DNA of 48,360 nucleotides from Jiangellales bacterium (GTDB lineage: Bacteria; Actinomycetota; Actinomycetes; Jiangellales; Jiangellaceae): positions 1 to 48,360 of the forward strand of contig DATHTV010000119.1 of assembly GCA_035462845.1 (NCBI GenBank), given 5' to 3'. The position numbers and the translations under genes were made by a program. Below the pieces are notes generated by a model. It was not told the DNA's origin. It made no database searches and saw only the letters and a program-made list of their open reading frames with translations. Shown here one piece after another: positions 1 to 7,133 of this stretch. The stretch's first letter is position 1. Each line of letters opens with the position of its first letter.

Positions 1-1434
1 GTCGGCCACCGTGCCCGCCCGGGGGTCGACGTAGACGATCGTGGTCCCGTTGCGCCGAGCCTGCTTGAAGAACGACGAGGCCACCGGGTGGTTCGCCGTC
101 GCGTTGCTGCCGGTGATGATCGCGACGTCGGCGTTGGCCACATCGCCGTACGTCGTCGAGACCGCGCCGGACCCGATGCCCTCGAACAGGGCCGCAACGC
201 TGGAGGCGTGGCAGAGCCTGGTGCAGTGGTCGACGTTGTTGCTGCCGAACGCGGTGCGGATGAGCTTCTGGAAGAGGTAGGCCTCCTCGTTGGAGCACTT
301 GGCCGAGCCGAACCCCGCGATGCCGGCGGGGCCGCTCTCCCGGTGTATCCCCTCGAGCCGCCGGGCGACGAGGTCCAGCGCCTCGTCCCACGTCGCCTCC
401 CGGAAGTGCGGCAGGACCTCCTCGTACGGGACGAGGCTGCCGGCCCGGCGACCCCGCCGCCCTGACCGGCCGTGCCCGCCGCCCTCGCCGTCGCCACGCA
501 CGTCGGCCGACAGGGGACCCTTGGGGTAGGCCTCCCCCCGGCGGATCAGCGGGACGGTCAGCCGCTGCGGGGACGCGGCGTAGTCCCACCCGTACCGGCC
601 CTTGACGCAGAGGCGGCGCTGCGAGCCCGGCTGGTCGCGTCCCTCGGCGAAGGCGATCGCGCCGCGCTCCCGGTCGACGTAGTAGGTGAGCGCGCAGCCC
701 ACGCCGCAGTACGGGCAGACCGTGTCGACCGCGTCGAGCTCGAACCGGGGGCGGATGGGGACGCCGTTGATCGCCTTGTTGGTGAGGGCCCCGGTCGGGC
801 AGGCCGCCACGCACTCCCCGCACGTCACGCAGGAGGACGAGCCCATCGGGTCGTCGAGGTCGAAACCGATCCTCGTCGCGTAGCCCTTGCCGGTGCGGCC
901 GATGACGTCGTTGCCCTGCACGTCGTCGCAGGCACGGACACAGCGGTCGCACAGGATGCAGGCGTCGTGGTCGACCGCGATGACCGGGTTCGACAGGTCA
1001 CCGCCCCGGACCGGTCCGGGCGGGAGATGCGGGGTGTCCGGCACGCCGAGGTCCTGGGCGAGCTCGATGAGGGCGTTGTCCGCGGTAGTCGTCTGCTTGG
1101 GGTCGCGGTCGCGCGAGGGCTGGTCTGCGACGAGCAGCTCGGTGAGCACCCGTCGGCTGCGCAGCACCTCCTCGGTGGCCGTGGCCACCTCCATCCCCTC
1201 CTCGCAGGGACGCACGCAGGCGGCGGCGAGCGCCCGCCCGCCCACGTCCACGACGCACATCCGGCACACGCCGACCGGGTCGAGGCGCTCGTCGTGGCAG
1301 AGCACCGGGATGTCGATGCCGAGCTCGCGGGCCGCGGCCCAGATCGTCGTGCCCTCCGGAACCGTGGCCTTGCGGCCGTCGACGGAGAGCGTCACGGTGC
1401 GGGTCGCCGCCGGGGCGTCGGGCGTGGCCGTCAT
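1..1434 (-). CDS. Formate-dehydrogenase-alpha-like molybdopterin (bis-MGD) oxidoreductase, N-terminal 478 codons; the 3' part lies beyond the window edge
   Basis: Absent from the ORF track because it has no in-window stop. Hand translation of the minus strand from ATG 1434-1432 gives MTATPDAPAATRTVTLSVDGRKATVPEGTTIWAAARELGIDIPVLCHDERLDPVGVCRMCVV (2Fe-2S ferredoxin-like). It also gives CILCDRCVRAC and CVTCGECVAACP (4Fe-4S motifs), CPYCGVGC (Mo-domain cluster) and NNVDHCTRLCHASS (Cys at the Sec/Cys position of formate dehydrogenases). The ATG overlaps the aor stop (ATGA at 1431-1434). Confidence 0.85.
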   Translation of the reverse strand, partial: MTATPDAPAATRTVTLSVDGRKATVPEGTTIWAAARELGIDIPVLCHDERLDPVGVCRMCVVDVGGRALAAACVRPCEEGMEVATATEEVLRSRRVLTELLVADQPSRDRDPKQTTTADNALIELAQDLGVPDTPHLPPGPVRGGDLSNPVIAVDHDACILCDRCVRACDDVQGNDVIGRTGKGYATRIGFDLDDPMGSSSCVTCGECVAACPTGALTNKAINGVPIRPRFELDAVDTVCPYCGVGCALTYYVDRERGAIAFAEGRDQPGSQRRLCVKGRYGWDYAASPQRLTVPLIRRGEAYPKGPLSADVRGDGEGGGHGRSGRRGRRAGSLVPYEEVLPHFREATWDEALDLVARRLEGIHRESGPAGIAGFGSAKCSNEEAYLFQKLIRTAFGSNNVDHCTRLCHASSVAALFEGIGSGAVSTTYGDVANADVAIITGSNATANHPVASSFFKQARRNGTTIVYVDPRAGTVAD

Positions 1435-3272
1435 CGGGCGGGCTCCTTCTTGGCGGGCTCCTTCTTGGCGGGCTCGGTCAGGGCGGGCTCGGTCGGGGCG
1501 AGTGCCACAGCCGGCGCCGGCCGGCCGTCCTGGTCGAGCCCGCGGGCCCGGTAGTAGCCGTCGATCATGGCACGCAGCCCGTCGGCGGACAGGGACGCCG
1601 TGCGGCCGGAGGCCAGCTCGAGCGGCGTGTCGAGGAAGCGCTGCGGCAGCCAGTCGTCGCTCGGCGTCCAGCCCTCCCGCAGGTTGAAGGCGCGCTTGGT
1701 GAGGACGATCCGCCGGGCGGTGGCCCGCAGCTCGTCGCCGTCGGCGTCCCAGCCGGTGACCAGGCGCAGCAACCGGGCCCAGTCCTCGAAGGGCTCGTCG
1801 AAGGCCCGACGGAGGAACTTGCACAGGATGAGCGAGTCCATGACCGCTGCCCGGTCCTCCGACTCGACGGCCGCTGCCACGTGGGCCGCTCCGCCGGCGG
1901 TGCGGTCGAGGTCGCCGGACAGGTCCGCCTCGTAGGCGCCGGACCGGTTGTGGTCGGCACCTCGGGCGTTGACCGCGAGGCCGAGGGCCATCGCCGGCAT
2001 GGTCCGCGGCTCGTAGCCGGGCAGCTCCATCCCCTTCACGTGCGGGGCGAAGTCCTGCGACCCTCCCCCGACCGCCTGGGCCGCGCGCCGCGACCCCTCG
2101 GCCAGCAGGTCGCCCAGCCCACGTCTGGCGCCGATCTCGTCGACGGCTCGCAGCAGGGCAGTTCCGTCACCGAGCCGCAGCCACGGCGCGTCGATGAGGC
2201 CACGCTCGGCGCACTCCATCGCCCAGGCGACGGTGCCGCCGGCCGAGATCGTGTCGATGCCGAGCTCGTCGCACCGGCGGCTCGCCTCCAGGACGGTGTC
2301 CGGGTCGTCGACGCCGCACAGTGGGCCGAGGGCGAAGACGTTCTCGTACTCCACCCGGACCCGGTCACCGCCACCCGTGGCGTAGATGTGCTCGCAGCCG
2401 ATGGTGCACGACGCGCAGCTGCTGCGGGCCACGGTGCGCAGCTCCGCCAGCTCCTCCGCAGCCAGCCGGGGCGCGCCTTCGAAGGTGGCGGCGGTGAAGT
2501 TGCGGGTCGGCAGGGTGCTGATGGCGTTGAACGCCAGCAGGTTGGCCAGCGTGCCGAGCTCCCGGTACTTGGCCGTGGCCGGGCCGAAGGAGCGGGCCCG
2601 CAGCTCGCGGGCCGCCGCCATGACCCCGGCCGGGTCGGCGGAGGTGACCTTGGTGGCGGCGCGGACGGCGACGGCCTTGACGTTCTTGGCACCCAGCACC
2701 GCGCCCAGGCCGCCCCGGCCGGCGTGCCGGCCGTCGTGGGAGATCGTGGCGTAGCGCACGAGCCGCTCCCCCGCCGATCCGATGGCCGCCACCCGCCAGC
2801 CCCTCCCCAGCCGGTCCCGTACGGACGCCTCGGCGTCGGCGGCCGAAAGGCCCCACTCGGCGCCCGCGTCGAGCATGCGCGCCCCGTCCCCGTCGACCGC
2901 CAGCACCGACGGTGCGGGAGCCCGGCCCACGACGACGATGGCATCGTGACCGGTCAGCTTGCCGGCGATCGCGAAGTGGCTCGACGCCAACGCGTCGGTC
3001 AGGAACCCGGTGAGCGGGGACTTGGCGACGACGGCGAACTTCGCGCTCGTCGTGAGCGGGGTCCCGACCAGCGGGGAGAACACGAACGCCAGCGGCGCCT
3101 CCGCCGCGAGGGGATCCGCACCGGCCGGTGCCAGGCGGTGCATCAGCCAGGCGCCGAGGCCGGCTCCGCCGAGGTGGGCGCGCAGCACGTCGTCGGCCAG
3201 GGGCAGCACGGTCGCCGACCCGTCGCCCACGTCGACGACCAGGGCCTGGCCGAAGTACCCGCCGGGAGGCAC
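1431..3272 (-). CDS. aor: Aldehyde:ferredoxin oxidoreductase family (tungsto/molybdo-pterin) enzyme, ~613 aa
   Basis: ORF 1431..3635. The first ~120 codons are Arg/Gly-rich and overlap the upstream gene, so the start is set at GTG 3272 (VPPGGYFGQALVVDVGDGS), 5 nt after the upstream stop. Family-like segments: FVFSPLVGTPLTTSAKFAVVAKSPLTG, CASCTIGCEH (Fe-S ligands), KGMELPGYEPR, DSLILCKF. Confidence 0.85.
   Translation of the reverse strand: MPPGGYFGQALVVDVGDGSATVLPLADDVLRAHLGGAGLGAWLMHRLAPAGADPLAAEAPLAFVFSPLVGTPLTTSAKFAVVAKSPLTGFLTDALASSHFAIAGKLTGHDAIVVVGRAPAPSVLAVDGDGARMLDAGAEWGLSAADAEASVRDRLGRGWRVAAIGSAGERLVRYATISHDGRHAGRGGLGAVLGAKNVKAVAVRAATKVTSADPAGVMAAARELRARSFGPATAKYRELGTLANLLAFNAISTLPTRNFTAATFEGAPRLAAEELAELRTVARSSCASCTIGCEHIYATGGGDRVRVEYENVFALGPLCGVDDPDTVLEASRRCDELGIDTISAGGTVAWAMECAERGLIDAPWLRLGDGTALLRAVDEIGARRGLGDLLAEGSRRAAQAVGGGSQDFAPHVKGMELPGYEPRTMPAMALGLAVNARGADHNRSGAYEADLSGDLDRTAGGAAHVAAAVESEDRAAVMDSLILCKFLRRAFDEPFEDWARLLRLVTGWDADGDELRATARRIVLTKRAFNLREGWTPSDDWLPQRFLDTPLELASGRTASLSADGLRAMIDGYYRARGLDQDGRPAPAVALAPTEPALTEPAKKEPAKKEPAR
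1439..1498. repeat. 4 x 15-bp in-frame tandem repeat at the 3' end of aor
   Basis: Plus-strand units: cgggctccttcttgg (1439-1453), cgggctccttcttgg (1454-1468), cgggctcggtcaggg (1469-1483), cgggctcggtcgggg (1484-1498). They encode ..APTEPALTEPAKKEPAKKEPAR*. Confidence 0.9.
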
Positions 3273-3277
3273 CCGCC

Positions 3278-4129
3278 TCAGCCGCCGGCGTCCGCGGAGA
3301 TGAAGGACACGGTGTCCCCGGCCACCAGCGGCAGCGCGCCGTCGCGAGCGATCTGGTCCCCGTTGACCGCCGCGACGACGTGCGGGCCGAGCTCCAGTCC
3401 GGCGGCTGCGGCTGCCCCACCCAGCGTCGCCGCGCGGGCCGGGCGAGCCCCGCGCCCTCCCACGCCGACGAGCACCCCGAAGCACTCCAGGATGATCTCT
3501 GGGGCCGGCCGCGCCCGGGCCGTGGCGTACTCCGCCGGGTCGTTGACGTTGACGACCGAGGCCAGGTCGGGGTCGAGCTCCGCCAGGTCCCGGTACGCGA
3601 GCAGCGCTGCCTCGTCGAGCTGCTGCACGCGGCACTCCTGGAGCAGGTGCGCCGGACGGCGCAGCCCTGCGGCCAGCAGCCGCTCCACCGTGCCGACGAG
3701 GTCGGTGCGGTACGCGGCGGCCAGCGGCTGGCGGTAGCCCCCGACCACCGGCAGCGCGACGTCGACGGCCGAGCCCTCCTCGAGCAGTGGCCGCACGACC
3801 CTGCGCACGAAGCTCACGTGCAGGAACGGCAGGTCGGTCGAGCAGACGAAGGCGACGACGGCCCGGTCCGCGACAGCGGCCAGCCCGGCCGCCAGCCCCT
3901 GCAGCGGGCCCTGGCCCTCGCGGGCGTCCCGTACGGTCTCCACCCGCGGGTCGGTCTCCGGGAGCACCTGCCCCGGGGCCGCGACCACCACCGTCGGGCC
4001 GTCCACGGAGCGCTGGACCACGCCGGTCACGCGGCGCAGCAGCGTGGATCCGTGCCAGTCGAGAGCCGCCTTGGGCGTGCCCATGCGCGAGGAGCGACCC
4101 CCCGCGAGCACGACGCCGGCCGCCTTCAT
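3278..4129 (-). CDS. mobA: Fusion protein: MobA-like molybdenum cofactor guanylyltransferase (N-terminal) plus MoaD/ThiS-like beta-grasp sulfur carrier ending in Gly-Gly (C-terminal)
   Basis: The N-terminus MKAAGVVLAGGRSSRMGTPKAALDWHG..DAREGQGPLQGLAAGL..CSTDLPF is typical of MobA. The C-terminus ..ILECFGVLVGV..GPHVVAAVNGDQIARDGALPLVAGDTVSFISADAGG* matches the MoaD pattern (AVN..x..L..GD.V.F.PP..GG). Confidence 0.8.
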   Translation of the reverse strand: MKAAGVVLAGGRSSRMGTPKAALDWHGSTLLRRVTGVVQRSVDGPTVVVAAPGQVLPETDPRVETVRDAREGQGPLQGLAAGLAAVADRAVVAFVCSTDLPFLHVSFVRRVVRPLLEEGSAVDVALPVVGGYRQPLAAAYRTDLVGTVERLLAAGLRRPAHLLQECRVQQLDEAALLAYRDLAELDPDLASVVNVNDPAEYATARARPAPEIILECFGVLVGVGGRGARPARAATLGGAAAAAGLELGPHVVAAVNGDQIARDGALPLVAGDTVSFISADAGG

Positions 4130-4225
4130 CCGGCGATGCTAACCCCGGATCCCGAGACCCGACATAGCGGACACGACTCGACTACCGCGACCGCCGCCGC
4201 CCGAGCCGACGCTACGGTCGGAGGC

Positions 4226-4705
4226 ATGGAGCCGCGGAGCGGGGCGGGCGCTCCGCCGGGGGACGTGCTCCGTGCCCGCCGGCGCCGACGGGTGCGCGGG
4301 CGAGGACTCCGGACGTATGCCGCGATCTTCGCCGGCGGTGTGGTGGGGGGGACGCTGCGGTACCTGCTCGAGGAGGCCTTCCCAGAGCCGGAGCGCGGCT
4401 TCCCGGTGACCACCTTCGTGATCAATGTGAGCGGCGCGTTCCTGCTGGCGCTGCTGCTCGTGCTCATCGCCGAGGCGCTCGACCCGGGCCCGTACGTCCG
4501 TCCGGCCCTGGGGACTGGCCTGCTCGGCTCGTTCACCACGTTCTCGACGTTCGTGGTCGCTGCCGACCGGCTGGTCCTGCTCGACCGGTGGTGGGTGGCA
4601 CTCGGGTACGTGCTGGGGAGCGCCGTCGCGGGCCTGGCCGCGGCGGCGTTCGGCCTGGTCCTCGGCAGGGGCGTGGTGGCGCTCCGCGACACGGAAGTGG
4701 GATGA
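4226..4705 (+). CDS. crcB: Fluoride channel CrcB/FluC, subunit 1
   Basis: ATG 4226 is preceded by ggtcggagg. The product contains [25 protein letters not shown] and [12 protein letters not shown] (CrcB signature). The long ORF 3128..4705 is otherwise an upstream antisense extension. Confidence 0.9.
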   Translation: MEPRSGAGAPPGDVLRARRRRRVRGRGLRTYAAIFAGGVVGGTLRYLLEEAFPEPERGFPVTTFVINVSGAFLLALLLVLIAEALDPGPYVRPALGTGLLGSFTTFSTFVVAADRLVLLDRWWVALGYVLGSAVAGLAAAAFGLVLGRGVVALRDTEVG

Positions 4706-5061
4706 CCATGCACCTGCAGGGCTCCGCGCAACGGCTGACCATCTTCTGCGGCGAGTCGGACAAGGCGTCGCACTCGCACAAGCCGCTGCACGTGGAGATC
4801 GTCCACCGGGCCCGCAAGGCCGGCCTGGCGGGCACGACCGTGCTCCGCGGCGTCGAGGGCTTCGGCGCGTCCAGCGTCGTGCACACCACGCGGTTCCTGT
4901 CGATGTCCGAGGACCTGCCGATGGTCCTCGTCATCGTCGACACCCCGGAGCGGATCCAGGCCTTCCTCCCCCAGCTCGACGACCTCATCGAGGAAGGGCT
5001 GGTCATCATCGAGGACGTCACCGTCCTCAAGTACGTGGGCCGTCCCGACGACCGCCGATGA
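4702..5061 (+). CDS. DUF190 (PII-like) protein commonly linked to crcB
   Basis: ATG 4702 overlaps the crcB1 stop (ATGA). Product: [67 protein letters not shown]. Confidence 0.8.
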   Translation: MTMHLQGSAQRLTIFCGESDKASHSHKPLHVEIVHRARKAGLAGTTVLRGVEGFGASSVVHTTRFLSMSEDLPMVLVIVDTPERIQAFLPQLDDLIEEGLVIIEDVTVLKYVGRPDDRR

Positions 5062-5441
5062 CACTCTCCCTCGCGCTCGCCGTGGCGGTGGCCTCGGGGC
5101 TCGGCGCCCAGGCCCGGTACGCGCTCGACCAGCTCGTGCAGCGCCGGCTCGGGGGCGCCACGCTGCCGTGGGGAACCATGACGGTCAACGTGGTCGGGTC
5201 CGCCGCGCTCGGCGCCATGGTGCCTGTGGCGCAGGTGGGCCGGCTCGACGAGACCGTCGAGGTGGTCCTCGCCGTGGGTCTGTGCGGCGCCTTCACCACG
5301 TTCTCCACCTGGACCTACGAGTCGGTCCGCCTCCTCGAGGACGGTGCCGTGTGGGAGGCGGCGGTCAACGTCGGCCTGAGCCTCGTCCTCGGTCTCGCCG
5401 CGGCGCTGCTGGCCTACGGTGCTGTCCACGCCGTGATCTGA
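5058..5441 (+). CDS. crcB: Fluoride channel CrcB/FluC, subunit 2
   Basis: The start overlaps the DUF190 stop (ATGA). Contains [15 protein letters not shown] and [12 protein letters not shown]. Confidence 0.9.
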   Translation: MTLSLALAVAVASGLGAQARYALDQLVQRRLGGATLPWGTMTVNVVGSAALGAMVPVAQVGRLDETVEVVLAVGLCGAFTTFSTWTYESVRLLEDGAVWEAAVNVGLSLVLGLAAALLAYGAVHAVI

Positions 5442-5517
5442 GGCCTGCCGTGCCCGACCCCGACAGCCGCCCCGTCAGGCCATCCGCGAGCAAGGAGCCG
5501 AACGCGCCGTCCGAGCG

Positions 5518-5709
5518 GTGGCCCGCGCCGGGGTCGGCGTGATCGGGATACGACAGGCCATCCAGTCCTTCGGCGACCTGGGCGCGTCGGTGGTCGTGGG
5601 GATCCTGTGGAGCCTGGTGTCCCCCACCGTGGCCTTCGGCCACGCCGAGGCGGGACTGGCCATGCCTGCGGAGGACGGCGGCGCGACCTGGTGCCGGCAG
5701 CCGAGCTGA
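5518..5709 (+). pseudogene. Possible C-terminal remnant of an MFS-type transporter
   Basis: The 63-codon ORF ..IGIRQAIQSFGDLGASVVVGILWSLVSPTVAFG.. reads like the last transmembrane helix of an MFS permease. The same frame has a stop at about 5434 and no upstream transporter body. Confidence 0.3.
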
Positions 5710-5806
5710 CTGCGCTCGGCGTGCCTCCTCAGCCGAAGCTGAGCCCGGGGATAGCGTGAGCCGCCCAGTGGGACCGAACCGTTGCGGACGTCGACCGAGG
5801 TGAGTG

Positions 5807-6592
5807 ATGGCCGGACCGTCCTGGGCCCGCGTCGCCGTCGTCGCGCTCGTCGTCGGGCTGCTCGTCGGGGTCGCCCGCGCGCCGGAGCCGGGCCAGGCCG
5901 AGGCCTCCTCCGCCGCCCCCGTACCTCCGGTGTCGCCGGCGACCGAGCTCCCTCCGGGCCTGCCGACGGTCGCCGTCGAGGGGCCGCTGCCGGGCACCCC
6001 GACCGGAGTGCTCGGCACGACCCGCACCGAGGGCCTCAACGTCGCCCTGACCTTCGACGACGGGCCGAACCCGGGCGTCACACCGGCGCTGCTGGACGAG
6101 CTCGGAGCGCTGGAGGTCGCGGCCACCTTCTGCGTCGTCGGGAGCCTGGTCGAGCGCCACCCCGAGATCGTCGCCCGGATCGCCGCCGAGGGGCACGCAC
6201 TCTGCGACCACAGCGCCACCCACGACCTCCGCCTTCCCGGCCGCGACGCCGAGACCGTGCAGCGAGAGGTCGTCGGCACACTGGAGAGGATCGGGCAGGC
6301 GGCGCCCGGCGCGCCGGTCCCGTACTGGCGGGCGCCGGGAGGCAACTGGAGCGCGGCCGTCGACGACGTCGCCCGCGCCCACGGGATGACGCCGCTCGGC
6401 TGGACCGTGGACCCGCGCGACTGGGAGGGGCCCGGGACGGACGCCGTGGTCGACCGCATCCTCACCCAGGTGCGCCCTGGCGCGGTCGTCCTGCTCCACG
6501 ACGGCGGCGGGGACGGGCCGGACATGGTCGCCGCGCTGCCGGTGGTCGTGCAGGCACTTCGGGAGGCTGGGTACACGTTCGTGCTCCCCTAG
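5807..6592 (+). CDS. Secreted polysaccharide deacetylase (NodB homology/CE4 domain)
   Basis: Has a signal/TM-like N-terminus (WARVAVVALVVGLLVGVA), then ALTFDDGPNP, ATFCVVG, GHALCDHSATH, YWRAPGG and VVLLHDGGG. ATG 5807 is preferred over GTG 5804 because of its spacing from gaggtga. Confidence 0.85.
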   Translation: MAGPSWARVAVVALVVGLLVGVARAPEPGQAEASSAAPVPPVSPATELPPGLPTVAVEGPLPGTPTGVLGTTRTEGLNVALTFDDGPNPGVTPALLDELGALEVAATFCVVGSLVERHPEIVARIAAEGHALCDHSATHDLRLPGRDAETVQREVVGTLERIGQAAPGAPVPYWRAPGGNWSAAVDDVARAHGMTPLGWTVDPRDWEGPGTDAVVDRILTQVRPGAVVLLHDGGGDGPDMVAALPVVVQALREAGYTFVLP

Positions 6593-6602
6593 GGTTGGCC
6601 GC

Positions 6603-7082
6603 GTGCCCGAGCCGTACGCGGTGATCGACCTCGACGGCGTGGTCGCCGACGTGGCCCACCGCATCCACCACCTCCGGCGGCGTCCGAAGGACTGGGACGC
6701 GTTCTTCGCGGCCCTGTCCACCGACCCGGTGCTCCCCGAGGGTCTGGCCGTCGCCCGCAGGCTCGCCGAGGACCACCGGCTGGTGTACCTGAGCGGCCGA
6801 CCCGAGCGCACCCGGCCGGAGACCGAGGAGTGGCTGCGCCGCCACGGGCTCCCACCCGGGCGCCTGGTGCTCCGCCGCGACGGCGACCGCCGCCCGGCCC
6901 GGCTGGTGAAGGTCGAGACCCTGCGGCGACTGTCCCGGGAGGCCGCGGTGAGCGTGCTCGTCGACGACGACCCCCAGGTGTGCAGCGCTGCCCGGGCCGC
7001 CGGGTTCACCGTCCTGGAGGCCACCTGGGCCCGGGAGCAGCCCACGCTCCTCGACGCCCAGGAGCGGGAGGGCCGCACGTGA
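6603..7082 (+). CDS. HAD-superfamily phosphatase-like protein (small, capless)
   Basis: Contains the AVIDLDGVVAD motif (DxDG), then LSGRPE, KVETLRRL and VLVDDDP. It starts 10 nt after the deacetylase stop. Confidence 0.6.
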   Translation: MPEPYAVIDLDGVVADVAHRIHHLRRRPKDWDAFFAALSTDPVLPEGLAVARRLAEDHRLVYLSGRPERTRPETEEWLRRHGLPPGRLVLRRDGDRRPARLVKVETLRRLSREAAVSVLVDDDPQVCSAARAAGFTVLEATWAREQPTLLDAQEREGRT

Positions 7083-7120
7083 GCGGGGTGGCCGGGCGGA
7101 GATGGCCGGCAGGACGTGAC

Positions 7121-7133
7121 TAGGGTCGTCGGG
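7121..7133 (+). promoter_or_regulatory. Putative -10 element (TAGGGT) placed for a leaderless tldD transcript
   Basis: TAGGGT (TANNNT) lies at 7121-7126, followed by 6 nt and then GTG 7133. There is no Shine-Dalgarno between them. Confidence 0.35.

Noticed and set aside
1439-1498. Tandem 15-bp and 21-bp repeats (also 34040-34099 and 35283-35324) as possible CRISPR or minisatellite arrays
   Set aside because: The units are contiguous without spacers, in frame and inside genes. They are too short and too few for CRISPR, and no cas genes are present.
4131-4200. Possible fluoride (crcB-motif) riboswitch upstream of crcB, suggested by GGCGAUG at the start and ..CUCGACUAC.. later
   Set aside because: I could not form the conserved pseudoknot, because the loop GCUAAC has no complementary 3' strand. 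The AAAC.GCC and GAUGA..CCUAC elements are also missing. It is left as an open question in the findings rather than called.
3128-4705. 525-aa plus-strand ORF ending in CrcB
   Set aside because: Only the last 159 codons (from ATG 4226, with an RBS) look like CrcB. The upstream 366 codons are antisense to mobA~moaD and are Arg-rich junk.
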